This document shows positions 30,682 to 39,627 of a stretch of 64,000 bases of DNA, in pieces. A program made the translations under genes and the position numbers. Position 1 is the stretch's first letter. Every line of letters begins with the position of its first letter. Location: assembly GCA_024275165.1 (NCBI GenBank), contig JAJRZQ010000028.1, positions 7,423 to 71,422 of the forward strand. The letters are read 5' to 3'. This DNA comes from a bacterium. Its GTDB lineage: Bacteria > SAR324 > XYD2-FULL-50-16. Under the pieces are notes generated by a model. That model was given only the letters and a program-made list of their open reading frames with translations, was not told where the DNA came from and made no database searches.

Positions 30682-31455
30682 ATGGACTTTTTTGGAGCAA
30701 AATTCATCTTTTTTTTGGGTTGCGCGTTGTTGTTTGGCGTGCCCCTCTTGCAGGCGGAGGGCAAGGGGAGCTTTTCCATAAATTATATTCGCGAGGTGGC
30801 CAACGAGCTTTATTTAAGCGATTTTCAACTCGGTAGCGCGGAACGCATCCGCGACCCCGATGGCAACGGGGTGGGGGTGAGCATGTTCCTCGCCAACCAA
30901 GGTTCAAGTTTTTGGGCCTTGGAGTTCGGACGCAGTACCACAAAGTATCAAGGCAAGGTTGAAGATGGAGTGAATGTGAGTTTTGTGCCCCAACCGGGGT
31001 CGGGGTTCGAGGCCTTAAGCAGCTCTTCGAATGTGGTTTATGAGATGGATTTGGAGTTCGCAAATCCCTATATAGGTTTAAATTACACCAATTGGGCGAT
31101 CACCCGGGCCTCTCATGGTTGGCTGTTGCCGAGTACCTACGGCATCGGTCGCATCCAGCAAAAAGCCAAGGGGGAGGTGAGGATTCTTTCTCTTTCCGGG
31201 GTCGAGTTGGCGCGGGCAAAATATCGCTCTGGCCTGCACGATTACTATCAACTTGGCTGGGCCGTTAATTTTGATTTTGTGTATCTTTCCTTGACCTTAC
31301 GGCATGTCACCTCTCCGGTTTTAGAGGTGTTGAGTTGCAACGAAGCGGCGATTGGAAAGCAGGCCTGTGACCGTTTTTATGCCGCTACGGGTAACCGCGA
31401 CGCCGCAACGCAAATTTTTACAGGCGGGGTGATGCAGATCGGAATTCTTTTTTAG
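30682..31455 (+). CDS. Putative outer-membrane beta-barrel protein, paralog A
   Basis: Signal peptide, amphipathic strands, C-terminal Phe (QIGILF); clearly paralogous to the next gene. Confidence 0.75.
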   Translation: MDFFGAKFIFFLGCALLFGVPLLQAEGKGSFSINYIREVANELYLSDFQLGSAERIRDPDGNGVGVSMFLANQGSSFWALEFGRSTTKYQGKVEDGVNVSFVPQPGSGFEALSSSSNVVYEMDLEFANPYIGLNYTNWAITRASHGWLLPSTYGIGRIQQKAKGEVRILSLSGVELARAKYRSGLHDYYQLGWAVNFDFVYLSLTLRHVTSPVLEVLSCNEAAIGKQACDRFYAATGNRDAATQIFTGGVMQIGILF

Positions 31456-31462
31456 GGGGGCT

Positions 31463-32182
31463 GTGAAAAAGCTTATTGTTTGTTTTTGTTGGTTGCTCCC
31501 CCTGCCCCTAGCGGCGCGGGAAATGCGGGATCAAACGCGTCTTTATTGGGTATACGAGGTGGGGAATCAGTTGAATCTCGCCGACTTCGGGATGGGGAGC
31601 GTAGAAAAAATCAAGGATCAAAACGGCAACGGGGTGGGGCTGAGCTGGGTTCTCCGTGAAGGGGGTCAGCTCAACTTGGCCCTGGATGTGGGGCAAAGCA
31701 ACACCCGCTATCAAGGCCGGGTCGAAGATGGGGTAACGGTTTCCTTTCAACCTCAGACTGGTTCAGGGTTCGAGGCCTTGAGCAGTTCCACCAATGTGAC
31801 CTATGACTTTAATTTAGAGTTCAACAACCCCTATTTGGGTTTGAGTCTGATCTGGGAGCATTTTCGTATTGGTGGGGGGCGATTGTTCCAAAAGGCAAAG
31901 GGCACCGTGGAGGTGAATTCCCAAGGGGTTCAATTACTAACCGCCAGTTATGTGGCTCGAACGCAGCTTTATTACTGGGGTGGCTTTGATTTTAATTTAG
32001 AAAATTTTTATATTGGTATCTATGCCCGTAACTTTGAGGCCCCGGCCTTGCAAATCGACAACTGCAACGCCCAAGCCTTAGGCGAGTTGTTGTGCCAACG
32101 GATCGTCGGAGCGGCAGGAAACCGCAACCAGCGCTCCACCCTCTTTGGGGAAGGGTTATTGCACTTGGGTTGGCTTTTTTAA
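31463..32182 (+). CDS. Putative outer-membrane beta-barrel protein, paralog B
   Basis: Signal peptide, C-terminal HLGWLF; shares GNGVG, VEDGV.VSF.PQ.GSGFEALSSS, NPY.GL and a Cys pair with paralog A. Confidence 0.75.
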   Translation: MKKLIVCFCWLLPLPLAAREMRDQTRLYWVYEVGNQLNLADFGMGSVEKIKDQNGNGVGLSWVLREGGQLNLALDVGQSNTRYQGRVEDGVTVSFQPQTGSGFEALSSSTNVTYDFNLEFNNPYLGLSLIWEHFRIGGGRLFQKAKGTVEVNSQGVQLLTASYVARTQLYYWGGFDFNLENFYIGIYARNFEAPALQIDNCNAQALGELLCQRIVGAAGNRNQRSTLFGEGLLHLGWLF

Positions 32183-32194
32183 GGCCCTGTTTGC

Positions 32195-33096
32195 CTATTG
32201 CTCATCAAGGTTGCGCAGTCCTTTAAGCTTCACATTGGGGCTTTCTCCTTGGACCCGAATCACGGCGTGGGCCGTGGTCACATCCACCCGGCTCTCGGCA
32301 GCGGCGAAGATTACCAACTCGGGTCGGTGGGCTTTTTTGCTCGTAAAAGATAAGGTCACCTGGGCAGCGCCCTGGGCATCTAAGGTAATCTGGCGAGGGT
32401 AGCGGACATTGGGCAGGTTGATATTTAGATAAATGGGGAGGTTTTTCGGGAGTCTTTTTCCTGTTCGCGCAGTCAATTGGAGTTGGATATCCAGGTTTTT
32501 TTGAGCAAAGAGGTTCACCTCGCTCGGGCTATCGAGTTGCAGTTGGTAGGGCATTTTTTTACCCGTTTAGCCAAGACGCTGTTTGCCTTGAGCCCCTCCA
32601 TGACCTGACCGGAGTTTAAATTCAAACGCCCCTTTTGGTTGCGCACCTCAATTTCTCCCTCAAACAGTCCTATCGAGGTTCCCCGGTTTTTATCCTTCAT
32701 TACGGCCAAGGTTGTGCCTCGAATCCCGATCATGGCATCGCTGGTGCGCAAAACCACGCGTCTAGGCCGCTTTCTGTGTTTCGGAATCTGTGCCCAGACC
32801 CCTCCTTTTTTTAAGGTTAAGACCGAGGCCCCGTCCCTTTCTTCAACGGTTACGCTGCTTTGCGGAAACAAACGGACGATCACTCCGTCATGGTAGACTA
32901 AAGTCGCGGTTGCTCTGGCCCCTGTTAAGATGCGGTCACCAACCTGCAACAGCTCCCTACCTTGGGAGTCTTGTAGCGCCTTTTTGCGGGCCAATTTGAG
33001 CTGTCCCTTGACTTCTTCAAGGTGGGCGACAACCTGCCCTGAAGCGGAGGCAACATAAAAAAACAGCAGTCCGAAAATGAAACCACCTCTTTTCAT
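32195..33096 (-). pseudogene. Secreted FecR-domain protein split by a frameshift at an A7 run (ORFs 32515-33096 and 32195-32554)
   Basis: FecR motifs (LQVGDRILTG, T..A.IGIRGT, LFEGEIEV). GTA AAA AAA TGC with one added A reads VKKMPYQL and gives a ~300-aa fusion. Confidence 0.65.
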
Positions 33097-33146
33097 TTTT
33101 ATTTTCCTTTTTTAAAGAGCCTCTGAGTTTTCTAAAAGCTTCTTCA

Positions 33147-33173
33147 GGAAACTCTGAAAAATACAGAGTTTTC
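33147..33173. repeat. 27-bp palindromic repeat, copy 2
   Basis: GGAAACTCTGAAAAATACAGAGTTTTC, 23/27 identical to the reverse complement of copy 1; followed by TTAA. Confidence 0.7.
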
Positions 33174-33571
33174 TTAACTATAATGGAGTTCCGCTGCTCT
33201 GTCTAATTCAGGAGCCTTTGCAAAATTCGAGGTTTCTTCAGGGCATGTGGTTTCCCCCTCCTAGGGGAACGCCTTGCCCAATCGGGTATTTACCCTGCTT
33301 GTCAGGTGAGGCGGTCTGAGGCATACTACTGTAAAATCAGGGTAGGACTTCGACATTCATGTCGGTTTGCCCCTTTTGGAACAACAAAATTCACCTTGCC
33401 TAAGAAAACCCCAGTTTAGTTTATCTTTGCCGGATATAAATCAAGCTTGAAGAAGCTTAACTTGTGCCAAAGTGAGGAGTCGAATAGGCTTGATCGACTC
33501 CAGGAATTCAAGCTATGCCTCTTTTTTGTTGGTGTCTGGAGAATAAAACCATATCTGATTTGAGAAAAAAA

Positions 33572-34048
33572 ATGTACCAAGAAGGCGATTTAATCAACGA
33601 ATTCAACCTCCCCGGCATTGACGCCCAGGGTAAAGAGCAAAACTTCACCCTGCGAGACCTCTTGCAAAAAAAGTACCTGATCCTCTACTTTTACCCCAAA
33701 GACAGCACTCCAGGCTGCACCACCCAAGCTTGCGACTTCCGAGACAATCTCAACTTCTTGCAAGAAAAAGCGGCGGTCGTCGGAGTCAGCCCCGACAGCC
33801 TTGCCTCCCACCAGAGATTTAAGGAAAAACAAGCCTTAAACTTCCCTCTCTTGAGTGACCCCGAAAAAAGCCTGATGCAGGCTTTTGGGGCCTTTGGAGA
33901 AAAAAAGAACTACGGCAAGGTATACCAGGGCGTGATCCGCTCTACCTTTATCATCGACCGTCAAGGCAAACTGATCAAAGCCTTGAGGAATGTGAAGGCG
34001 AAGGGGCATGTAGAGCGAATTTTAGGGGTAATCGAGGGCTTAGATTAA
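33572..34048 (+). CDS. bcp: Peroxiredoxin Bcp/PrxQ
   Basis: LYFYPKDSTPGCTTQACDFRD, GVSPDS..SH, FPLLSD, RSTFIID. Confidence 0.95.
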   Translation: MYQEGDLINEFNLPGIDAQGKEQNFTLRDLLQKKYLILYFYPKDSTPGCTTQACDFRDNLNFLQEKAAVVGVSPDSLASHQRFKEKQALNFPLLSDPEKSLMQAFGAFGEKKNYGKVYQGVIRSTFIIDRQGKLIKALRNVKAKGHVERILGVIEGLD

Positions 34049-34216
34049 AGCTCAGGGGTGCGCTTGCTCGTTTCCACCGGTGCTATCCAACTGCTGGATC
34101 GCTCTGAAAATAAAAAAGAGGCTGAGGGCAACCGGAGGGTTTTTTGCCTATTCTTTGCATAAACCGCTTCGCCTATGAGGGGGTACAACAAGTTTCACCT
34201 ATGACGAGTTAATACA

Positions 34217-36259
34217 TTGGATATCAACGATTGGATACAACCGGGTTCTTTTGAGGCCTTGCTCCAACAAGCGCCGGACTTGAAAGCGGGAGAGCTCGAA
34301 TTACTGACTCAAGAGGCGATGCACTTTGCCAAGCAATTGCGCGCCCTGTTGGCTACACCTCTGGTAGAGGACTCCCCGAAACAGGCTGAAAAGTTGGATT
34401 TTCTCAACCGTTTCGCTGTTTTTGGGGCTTTGAATCCGACAGAAAAGGCTCAGGTCGCCCAAGCAGCCGAACTGCTCTCCTTTTCCAAGGGAGAATGCGT
34501 TTTAATGCAAGGCGCGCCTTTGCCGGGGCTCTACTTTTTTTTAAATGAGGTTGAGGTCGCTTTAGCGGGGCAAATCCACATTTCCACCCGTACGGGGATT
34601 TTTGGCGCAAGTACGGTACTGGCCGCTCAGGGGGCCTCGCTGTATACCTTGACCGCGGCAAACAACTGCCAAGCCCTGCTTTTTCCGCAACCCGCCTTAG
34701 GGCAATTGCTGATTGAGATTGACGGGCTTTACCAATCCATCACCGCGGAGATCATTAAAACCCAAGTCAAGGACTTGCAAAAACTCCATAAGGAATTCTC
34801 CATCGCGCGCGAACAGGCCAGAATGGCGCAAGAGATTTTAGACCGCATGGGTCAGGCAAGCTTAGCCTTAGATGAAAAGGGGGAAATCGGGCGGAGTTTC
34901 TCGCCGAGCGCGGTCGTTTTTTTAGGCCATGAAAAGCTGGCAGGCCGCCCCTTAGCCGATTTGCTCTTGAAAAAAGACCGTCGCGCCCTCAAAGATTATT
35001 ACCGTGCCATGCATATGCTCTTTGAAGAGGAGGCGAACCAAGAATTGGTCTTGCAACTCTTGCCCAAACGAGTGGAGCATTTAGGGCGGCATTTCGCTTT
35101 GCACTACTCCATCGCCAATGACCAGCAAGGCACTCCCATGAGCCTCTTGCTCTGTTTGGAAGACTTAACCAAGGAGTTGCAACTGAAGGCCTTGGAAGAA
35201 GCGCACCAACAGCAAGAAGAAGAGGAAAAAGAGATCATCGGCAATATCCAGGCGAATATTTCGGGTTATCTCTCCTTGATCAGTCTGTGCGAAACCGCCT
35301 TTCGCGGTTTAAGTCATTTGCTGGAGGTCTTGATGGATCAAGGCGACCCTGACCCGGCTGCTCTAGCTGATTTGATGCGAAAACTGCATGGGATCAAGGG
35401 CTTTTCTTCCCCCTTTGGTTTTCCCCGTTTGCGCAATGCCGTTCATGCTCTAGAAGAGGCATTGCAGGGCTTTCAAGGGGGGAAGGGTCATTTAGAGCGG
35501 TTAGAGACCGACTTTATGAATTTCGAGGCGGAATTCCAATATGTCTTTGGGTTTCAAGACCGCCTGGGCGATGACTTCATTCGCCTCTTAAAGGGGGTGA
35601 ACTTCTCTCAGGTGGAATTCGCCGTATTGCTGGAATTGCTCAATTCAGGCAGGTATGAGGAACTACGCGAGCAATTGGTTTTAAAGGTGAGCTGCCCCGC
35701 CCATGCCATTGCTGAGGGGTGGGAGCAAGAAATCGAGACTTTGGCTGAAAAACTCGGGAAGAAAGTCAAACTCTGGGTTGAGCCCGATGAAGGGGCAAAC
35801 TTGTTTCAGCATCAAGTCAAGACCCTTAATTACGAATTGCGCCACCTTTATCGCAACAGCGTTGATCACGGCATCGAAAGCCCAAGAGAGCGCCTCGCCC
35901 GGGGGAAAAACGAGCGGGGGAATATCTGGTTGCGCGTTAAAAACGAAAAAAACCGAGTTCTCATCATTTTGCGAGACGACGGCGCGGGGCTTGACTTAAA
36001 GGCCATCGAACAAATCGCCCGCAACAAACCCCTGGTGGATCAAAAAAAGGTGGATGAGTTGATCCGCAAGGGGGAGCAGTGGAGAATCTTATTCCTTCCC
36101 GGGTTCAGTTCCAAGTCGGAAACGACCCAAATCTCAGGTCGTGGGGTGGGCTTGGACGCGGTACATCAATGTATAGAGGAGATGGGCGGAAAAATCACCC
36201 TTGTGCAGGCAACGGGGGAGGGTTGTCAGTTTACCTTAAAAATTCCCAAACCCGTATAG
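34217..36259 (+). CDS. CheA-like histidine kinase (cNMP-like, PAS-like, Hpt, HATPase) without a CheW domain
   Basis: Hpt LMRKLHGIKG; CheA-type HLYRNSVDHGIE, DDGAGLD, FLPGFSS..ISGRGVGLD; the protein ends right after the HATPase domain. Confidence 0.85.
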   Translation: MDINDWIQPGSFEALLQQAPDLKAGELELLTQEAMHFAKQLRALLATPLVEDSPKQAEKLDFLNRFAVFGALNPTEKAQVAQAAELLSFSKGECVLMQGAPLPGLYFFLNEVEVALAGQIHISTRTGIFGASTVLAAQGASLYTLTAANNCQALLFPQPALGQLLIEIDGLYQSITAEIIKTQVKDLQKLHKEFSIAREQARMAQEILDRMGQASLALDEKGEIGRSFSPSAVVFLGHEKLAGRPLADLLLKKDRRALKDYYRAMHMLFEEEANQELVLQLLPKRVEHLGRHFALHYSIANDQQGTPMSLLLCLEDLTKELQLKALEEAHQQQEEEEKEIIGNIQANISGYLSLISLCETAFRGLSHLLEVLMDQGDPDPAALADLMRKLHGIKGFSSPFGFPRLRNAVHALEEALQGFQGGKGHLERLETDFMNFEAEFQYVFGFQDRLGDDFIRLLKGVNFSQVEFAVLLELLNSGRYEELREQLVLKVSCPAHAIAEGWEQEIETLAEKLGKKVKLWVEPDEGANLFQHQVKTLNYELRHLYRNSVDHGIESPRERLARGKNERGNIWLRVKNEKNRVLIILRDDGAGLDLKAIEQIARNKPLVDQKKVDELIRKGEQWRILFLPGFSSKSETTQISGRGVGLDAVHQCIEEMGGKITLVQATGEGCQFTLKIPKPV

Positions 36260-36286
36260 AGGTTTTTACTTCGGTTTGGTCCAAAG

Positions 36287-37639
36287 TCAGGCAATTTTTA
36301 GGTTGGAAAATTGCTCTATCGCCCCCCCTTGAAAAACATCTTCAGGGTCTAGGTCTTCGCTAATCGTTAAGTCCTCGCGCTCGGCTAAGTCGACCAATTG
36401 GTGTTTTTTCAGTATTTCCCCGGCAGAGCTTTTCACCACGGCCACGGCAGGCCGTTCTAGGTCTTTTTCGGGTACATTGACCACAAATCCGATGCATCCG
36501 TCGCTCAATCGTACTAAGCTTCCGATGGGGTAAATTCCCATGACTTGCTGGAAGTCCTCCCAAATCTCTTCATCATAATCAATCCCGGATAGGGACTCAA
36601 TATAACGCATGGCGCTGGGCGCGGTCCAAGATTTTTTATAGGGACGACGGCCCACTAAGGATTGGTAGACATCAATCACCGCTAAGAGTTTCGCCTCATA
36701 AGAGGCCTGACTATAGGTGATTTTTTCGGGGTAACTGGCATAACCGATGCCCGAGGCCTTGATATGGTGGCAAAGGGCCATATTTTGCGCTACTTCCGAC
36801 ATGCCCATTTGCTTTAGGATCTCTTGGCTTTGCTGGGGGTGGTGGCGGAACATTTCCAATTCCGGGCTACCCTTTTCAAAACGGACATCGCTTTCCAACA
36901 CCTCTTTGGGGATCATGCCCTTGCCTACATCGTGCAGCATGGCCGCCATTAAGGCTTCATTCTGATCTTTAAAGGCGGGCTTTTTCCCTCTCCGGCGAAT
37001 GATCTCATAATAGGCAACCATAAAAATAGCCGCGACATCCACACAATGGGCATAAGTCTGGCTGGATTTTTTCAAGGCCGTCAAGGCCGACATGGAATCG
37101 GTAAGCTTGTCTTCTAATATTTCCGAAACAAAACCCTCCAACTGACCGATTTCAGGAACCCCGTGATGAGCCGAATCCATGATACTCTCAATTGCCTTGC
37201 TGGCCTTGTTTTTCACCTGCGCCCCTTGTTTTGCGCTCTTGATCAGTTGGGTTGCCTTGGCGACTCGCTGGGCGTGATTTTTCCCATTGAGGTTACTGAC
37301 CTCAAAAAAGGTGAATTTTCGAGTCTCTAAGCTTTGAATCAGTTTAGCGTTGATGTGGGTTAAGTGGTTTAAACTCGCTGGAATTTGAAAAACCTTAAAG
37401 ATTTTATCGCCTGGGCGCAATTTCGCGATGGGGATATCGATCTTACTGTCTTGGCGCTGCACTTGGGCTAAAGCCCCCTTGAAGTTGTGCATAATCCAAC
37501 GGCAATGTTCATCGGACAAGTTTCCGAAACGCTTTTCCAACCCGGCATAGGACTGGATCACCATACTGTCTTTTAAATCTTTTAATTGAACAAGCATGTA
37601 AAATAAAAAATAGGAGAGGTTGTATTTCAACCGGATCAT
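36287..37639 (-). CDS. HD-GYP-like phosphohydrolase with variant motifs
   Basis: YAHCVDV, LHDVGK, HHIKASGIGYASYP, IDVYQSL...RPYK and the GIYPIGSLV.L C-terminal module. Start uncertain. Confidence 0.85.
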   Translation of the reverse strand: MIRLKYNLSYFLFYMLVQLKDLKDSMVIQSYAGLEKRFGNLSDEHCRWIMHNFKGALAQVQRQDSKIDIPIAKLRPGDKIFKVFQIPASLNHLTHINAKLIQSLETRKFTFFEVSNLNGKNHAQRVAKATQLIKSAKQGAQVKNKASKAIESIMDSAHHGVPEIGQLEGFVSEILEDKLTDSMSALTALKKSSQTYAHCVDVAAIFMVAYYEIIRRRGKKPAFKDQNEALMAAMLHDVGKGMIPKEVLESDVRFEKGSPELEMFRHHPQQSQEILKQMGMSEVAQNMALCHHIKASGIGYASYPEKITYSQASYEAKLLAVIDVYQSLVGRRPYKKSWTAPSAMRYIESLSGIDYDEEIWEDFQQVMGIYPIGSLVRLSDGCIGFVVNVPEKDLERPAVAVVKSSAGEILKKHQLVDLAEREDLTISEDLDPEDVFQGGAIEQFSNLKIA

Positions 37640-37770
37640 AACCCGAACTCCCCTAAAAATGCAATCCTCTGTTCACCCTAGGGAATTTGCCTTGTATTGG
37701 TCATCAGTAAGATATTTTTGCCTTTACAATGATTTTGCTACAGGGCCTAAATTGAAAATAAATCAATTCA

Positions 37771-37797
37771 GAAAACGCTGAAAAACGCGGAGTTTCC
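37771..37797. repeat. 27-bp palindromic repeat, copy 3 (more diverged)
   Basis: GAAAACGCTGAAAAACGCGGAGTTTCC, 21/27 identical to copy 2, with the same TTCA left flank. Confidence 0.55.
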
Positions 37798-37877
37798 CAG
37801 CAAGGCAGGGATGCCTTGCCAAATCAAAAAGCGGAATTTATTGATTCGCGTTGGGATTGTGGATTTCATTCCCAACC

Positions 37878-37981
37878 GAAAAGACTGAAAAACTCGACGC
37901 GCCCCAAGGGCTATACTCAGCCCGAAGGGCACGAGCCTACCGCTTGAACAAGCGGTAGGCAGGGAGTTTTTCAGAGGTTCC
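37878..37981. mobile_element. MITE/REP-like multi-hairpin element
   Basis: An 11-bp perfect IR (CTGAAAAACTC 37885-95 / GAGTTTTTCAG 37964-74) encloses three hairpins; the right end TTTTTCAGAGGTTCC matches the 27-bp repeat arm. Confidence 0.5.
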
Positions 37982-38019
37982 TTCAGTTTTTTTCTCCGTA
38001 AATCGTTCCAATCAAGGGG

Positions 38020-39528
38020 TTAGGGCTGGGGTTGGGGTTTTTTGGAAAGGGTAAAGTAATATAGTATCCTCTGGGGGCCCCTTGGCCCGGCAATCACCAA
38101 TGGAGGCTGAGCAATAAATTGAAACTCTTTTAACAAGGAGCTCGGCGGGGTCGCGTGAGAAGAAACCCAGAGTAGGTTTTGCCATTCTAGCAGAGTTTGC
38201 AAGGGGGTGACCTTGTTCGGTTTGGGGAGATAATAAAGAAGACGGGGGAGTAGTTCGGGGTCTGCGTTCCACAGCCCGTTGCTGTTTTGCTTACGGGTTT
38301 GGATTGTTTCGGCTGTCTCTTGCCAACCTAAGCGTTCGAAAGCGATTAAAGTTGATTCTCCATTGGCTTTGGCATCGATCCAAGTCGGGGGAAGCAGGTC
38401 TAAGGGCATCAAGGCGGGGTAGGCCATTGCCAGGTCAATCAACAAAACCACGGCAAAGGCAACCTTTAAGAAATCCCGCTTTTGCAAGAGATAAAAATGC
38501 GTGCGTTCTTCCCCCTGACAACAATAAAGAGCCGCTAAAAAGGCGGCCCAAGGGGCAAGTAGGCACAAGCCGGTCAAGGGTAGGTGAGTAAAAAGGCTAT
38601 AACCCCAGTAATACAGCAATGCCGTGAAAAATATCCAGGCCCCCCATTGTAAATTCGCTTGCTCCACTACGGATTGCTGAGTTTGCTTTGTTTGAAATAG
38701 CTTGGGTAAGATGGCCAGGGAGGCAAATAAAAAAAGCGGGCTCACCCCCAAAAATAGGGTGACGGGGAAACCCGCCCAAGAGGGGAACACACTGGGATAC
38801 AGAGGGAGACTCCAGGGGTCGGAAAAACCAAAGGGAAAGATAAGCTTGACCAGCACTGAAGAAAAGAAAAAAATAGAGAGCAACAAATAGCGGTTCAATT
38901 TTTTTCTGCGTTCTGGGGCAAAGAGAAGCCAACAAAATAGGGCCAGCCAGAATTGCCATCCCAAAGTGGCGAGTGTTTGAGCCAACCAGCAGGTGATAAA
39001 AAGCCCCCCCCAGGCCAGTCGATTTTGTTTCAGCAGGGCCAACTGGGCAAAAAAAGCGGACCACAAGATCAGCCCTGCCCAAAGGGACTGGGGTAGGAAA
39101 TGACTACCCATCATCCAAGAAAGGGGAAAAAGGGCATAGATCCGCACGACCAAAAGGGCGAATTTAGGACGCGGTACCGCGTTTAACGCAAAAAGGTAAA
39201 GCCCCCAGAGGGTGAAAAAATGCCCGCAAATCGCCAGAAGGCGCAGATTCAATAAATGGCCCTCATTTGGGGAAATCAACCAGCCTATGGGCCAGAGCGT
39301 TACCGATTGGAAAAAAGACCAGAAATAACCTTCTCGCGTGGCCTCATAATATATTGCTTCGCGTTGCCCCAGGGGGAGTAGGCGAGCAAAGGCAACATGA
39401 AGCAGGAAAAGCACCCCTAAGGTGAAAAGAAATTCTCGATGTTCGCGCAGTCGGTTCATGGCAGCTTTAAAGGATAATTCCAGCGTAGCTTGTTTTTGAT
39501 TCCCGGTCAAAGAAGGGGATTGAGGCAA
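38020..39528 (-). CDS. Polytopic membrane protein, GT-C (ArnT/GT39)-like, divergent
   Basis: First helix followed by LPLGQREAIYY (typically DEAYY), many TM helices, periplasmic GWQE..LLYY C-terminal domain. Start may be ATG 39459. Confidence 0.6.
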   Translation of the reverse strand: MPQSPSLTGNQKQATLELSFKAAMNRLREHREFLFTLGVLFLLHVAFARLLPLGQREAIYYEATREGYFWSFFQSVTLWPIGWLISPNEGHLLNLRLLAICGHFFTLWGLYLFALNAVPRPKFALLVVRIYALFPLSWMMGSHFLPQSLWAGLILWSAFFAQLALLKQNRLAWGGLFITCWLAQTLATLGWQFWLALFCWLLFAPERRKKLNRYLLLSIFFFSSVLVKLIFPFGFSDPWSLPLYPSVFPSWAGFPVTLFLGVSPLFLFASLAILPKLFQTKQTQQSVVEQANLQWGAWIFFTALLYYWGYSLFTHLPLTGLCLLAPWAAFLAALYCCQGEERTHFYLLQKRDFLKVAFAVVLLIDLAMAYPALMPLDLLPPTWIDAKANGESTLIAFERLGWQETAETIQTRKQNSNGLWNADPELLPRLLYYLPKPNKVTPLQTLLEWQNLLWVSSHATPPSSLLKEFQFIAQPPLVIAGPRGPQRILYYFTLSKKPQPQP

Positions 39529-39627
39529 AAATTCTCTCCTTCTTCCTTGCTAGCTTGGCGATATTCTTGCATCTATGGAAGCAAGCAAGATTGCTCCCGC
39601 ATTGACAAGGAAGTTTGCCCTAGCTTT

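Noticed and set aside
33180..33220. Fluoride riboswitch (ATGGAGTT)
   Set aside because: The flanking P1 pairing and the downstream pseudoknot segment are missing; better read as a TATAAT -10 box.
33175..33265. Selenoprotein sORF on the minus strand (AGGAGG-ATG-CCC-TGA)
   Set aside because: Read-through meets another TGA within 10 codons, with no recognisable SECIS or protein motif.
33340..33378. c-di-GMP-I riboswitch on the minus strand (GGGCAAACC...)
   Set aside because: Only the first motif matches; the GAAA tetraloop and the GACGCAAAGC segment are absent.
37885..37975. tRNA gene (cloverleaf-like fold)
   Set aside because: No TTC T-loop, D-loop GG, 7-nt anticodon loop or CCA, and the stem lengths do not fit.
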